Shown: positions 22,824-24,000 of the stretch, piece after piece
How positions within the stretch are numbered: position 1 is the stretch's first letter
How the letters are laid out: each line of letters begins with the position of its first letter
Origin: an uncultured Emergencia sp.
Lineage (GTDB): Bacteria > Bacillota > Clostridia > Peptostreptococcales > Anaerovoracaceae
DNA length: 24,000 nucleotides
Assembly (NCBI GenBank): GCA_965146355.1
Contig: CBCTFZ010000002.1
Location: forward strand, 1-24,000
Reading direction: 5' to 3'
Notes under the pieces: generated by a model
Seen by the model: only the letters and a program-made list of their open reading frames with translations
Told to the model about the DNA's origin: nothing
Database searches by the model: none
Made by a program: the position numbers and the translations under genes

Positions 22824-23561
22824 ATGGGAGACAAAGAAATTCCAAGAATCAGCGGTACGCTGAGAGCAAAGTATTTACAAGTGCCGGAGGTTATCTGGCA
22901 GGCTAAAGGTATTGTAATCATGGGGCGCCGGCTGAAGTCCGTGCTTTTTTCAACGGACATTGCAATCATCAGAAACTGCAACGCAGATGGTATTTTGGCG
23001 GTATATCCTTTTACGCCGCAGCAGATTATTTCCGACGCAATTATCAACGCCTCTTCTGTGCCGGTGCTTGCCGGCATCGGCGGCGGAACGACCCAGGGAA
23101 CGCGGGCCGCACTGATGGCCAAAGACGCTGAAGCCCAGGGAGCCTACGGCGTTGTTGTAAACGCTCCTATGACCAATGATAACATCAAGTTAATCGATAA
23201 GATAATCGATATTCCAATCATTGCCACCGTAGTCAGCGATAAGACAGACATTGACGCCCGCATCAGAGCGGGAGTGGATATCCTCAATGTTTCCGCCGCG
23301 GCAAAGACGCCGGAGCTTGTACGCCATATCAGGGCGGATTTTCCGAAGGTGCCTATTATTGCTACAGGCGGGCCGACGGACGATACTATTTTGGAGACTA
23401 TAAGGGCGGGGGCCAACACCATCAGCTATACGCCGCCTACTTCAGCGGAAATCTTTGCCGAAATGATGATTCGTTATCGCGAAATGGCAGAGGAAAAGCC
23501 GGAGGAACACAAGCGTCCTGAAGGGGACCAGGACCTCTTTGAATTGCTGCAGCTGATGTAG
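22824..23561 (+). CDS. Predicted TIM-barrel (phosphate-binding barrel-like) protein of unknown function
   Basis: An alternating beta/alpha pattern ends in …PIIATGGPTDDTILETIRAGAN…, reminiscent of the phosphate-binding loop of ThiE/NanE-type barrels. I recognise no specific family. A GAGGAGG RBS is present. Confidence 0.65.
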   Translation: MGDKEIPRISGTLRAKYLQVPEVIWQAKGIVIMGRRLKSVLFSTDIAIIRNCNADGILAVYPFTPQQIISDAIINASSVPVLAGIGGGTTQGTRAALMAKDAEAQGAYGVVVNAPMTNDNIKLIDKIIDIPIIATVVSDKTDIDARIRAGVDILNVSAAAKTPELVRHIRADFPKVPIIATGGPTDDTILETIRAGANTISYTPPTSAEIFAEMMIRYREMAEEKPEEHKRPEGDQDLFELLQLM

Positions 23562-23612
23562 ATTAGATTCATCCTGTGGGATTTGGGAACAAAGCGGCAA
23601 CGGAACTTTTCG

Positions 23613-23665
23613 GGCTGCGGCGCCGACGGATTGGATATAAATCCGGCGGCGCAGGCAGCCTTTTT
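23613..23665 (+). terminator. Intrinsic terminator
   Basis: A long GC-rich imperfect hairpin, ggctgcggcgccg…cggcggcgcaggcagcc, is followed by TTTTT (23661-23665). Confidence 0.75.
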
Positions 23666-23750
23666 GATGAGGCACCCCTTCTTAAGGAACATCCTAGGCG
23701 GAAACGGTTGGGCTGGAAAAAAGAAGAACCAAAAATAATGAAAAAACTTG

Positions 23751-23779
23751 TTGACATTCACCTGCAAGAGTGGTATTAT
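23751..23779 (+). promoter_or_regulatory. Strong promoter of the tRNA gene
   Basis: Consensus TTGACA (23751-23756)-17 nt-TGgTATTAT (-10 at 23774-23779), with an A-rich UP-like tract upstream. Confidence 0.65.
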
Positions 23780-23815
23780 ATCAAATGTGCCAATGAGCAC
23801 AGAACTTAATAATGT

Positions 23816-23891
23816 GCATCCTTAGCTCAGCTGGCAGAGCACCTGACTCTTAATCAGGGTGTCCAGGGTTCGAACCCCTGAGGGTGTACCA
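23816..23891 (+). tRNA. tRNA-Lys (anticodon CUU)
   Basis: I folded the cloverleaf by hand. The acceptor stem is gcatcct/agggtgt (two G-U pairs). The D arm is gctc…gagc. The anticodon stem is cctga/tcagg with loop ctCTTaa. The T arm is caggg-ttcgaac-ccctg. CCA is encoded. Length is 76 nt. Confidence 0.93.
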
Positions 23892-23901
23892 ATAACAAAA
23901 A

Positions 23902-23929
23902 ACGATATCCATTTGGGTATCGTTTTTTC
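23902..23929 (+). terminator. Intrinsic terminator after the tRNA
   Basis: The stem acgatatcc / gggtatcgt has an ATTT loop and is followed by T6. Confidence 0.8.
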
Positions 23930-24000
23930 GTCGTTTGAAACCTTGGGAAGGGGATTGACCGTGAAATGAGCCGGTCTGGTGGATTTTTCTCTGCAGAACT

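Noticed and set aside
1-24000. A search for CRISPR arrays, transposases, integrases, prophage genes and rRNA.
   Set aside because: There are no regularly spaced direct repeats and no ORFs with recombinase or transposase hallmarks. No rRNA-like sequence was seen. The only RNA gene is tRNA-Lys.

Overview
The window looks like a chromosomal segment of a Firmicutes/Clostridia-type genome. That placement is an inference from AGGAGG-type ribosome-binding sites, tight operons with ATGA-style overlaps, and the gene content. No database search was possible, so all product calls rest on reading the translated ORFs against family hallmarks remembered from the literature.

Most of the window is ordinary core and accessory metabolism and transport:
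- an ABM-type monooxygenase
- an Rrf2 regulator coupled to a flavodoxin/2x[4Fe-4S] protein
- a MATE exporter
- an alanine/glycine:cation symporter
- a DMT/EamA transporter plus an isochorismatase-family hydrolase
- a TPP-riboswitch-controlled thiamine salvage operon (thiM-thiE-HAD-thiD-cytX)
- an MFS transporter
- a LUD-domain protein plus a GNAT acetyltransferase
- SppA plus an RDD protein
- an OmpR/histidine-kinase two-component pair
- a TIGR03905 (TSCPD) protein coupled to a CDF metal exporter
- a TIM-barrel protein of unknown function
- tRNA-Lys(CUU)

The one region that looks foreign and unexplained is an AT-rich islet at about 414-2433. It carries a translationally coupled two-gene operon on the minus strand: a 352-aa protein with an HExxH zincin motif and a 190-aa partner I cannot place in any family. 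The operon has its own strong promoter with an inverted repeat over the -10 box, and it ends at a bidirectional terminator. I consider this the best candidate for an uncharacterised conflict (defence or toxin-antitoxin-like) module.

Secondary curiosities:
- a helically phased array of six TGTATAA/TTATACA motifs in the 400-bp intergenic region 7920-8319
- an orphan CbiT-like methyltransferase-fold protein with a degenerate SAM motif
- a GC-rich 'intergenic' stretch with a 39-codon ORF next to the two-component system
- the TSCPD-CDF coupling

I saw no CRISPR array, transposase or integrase.
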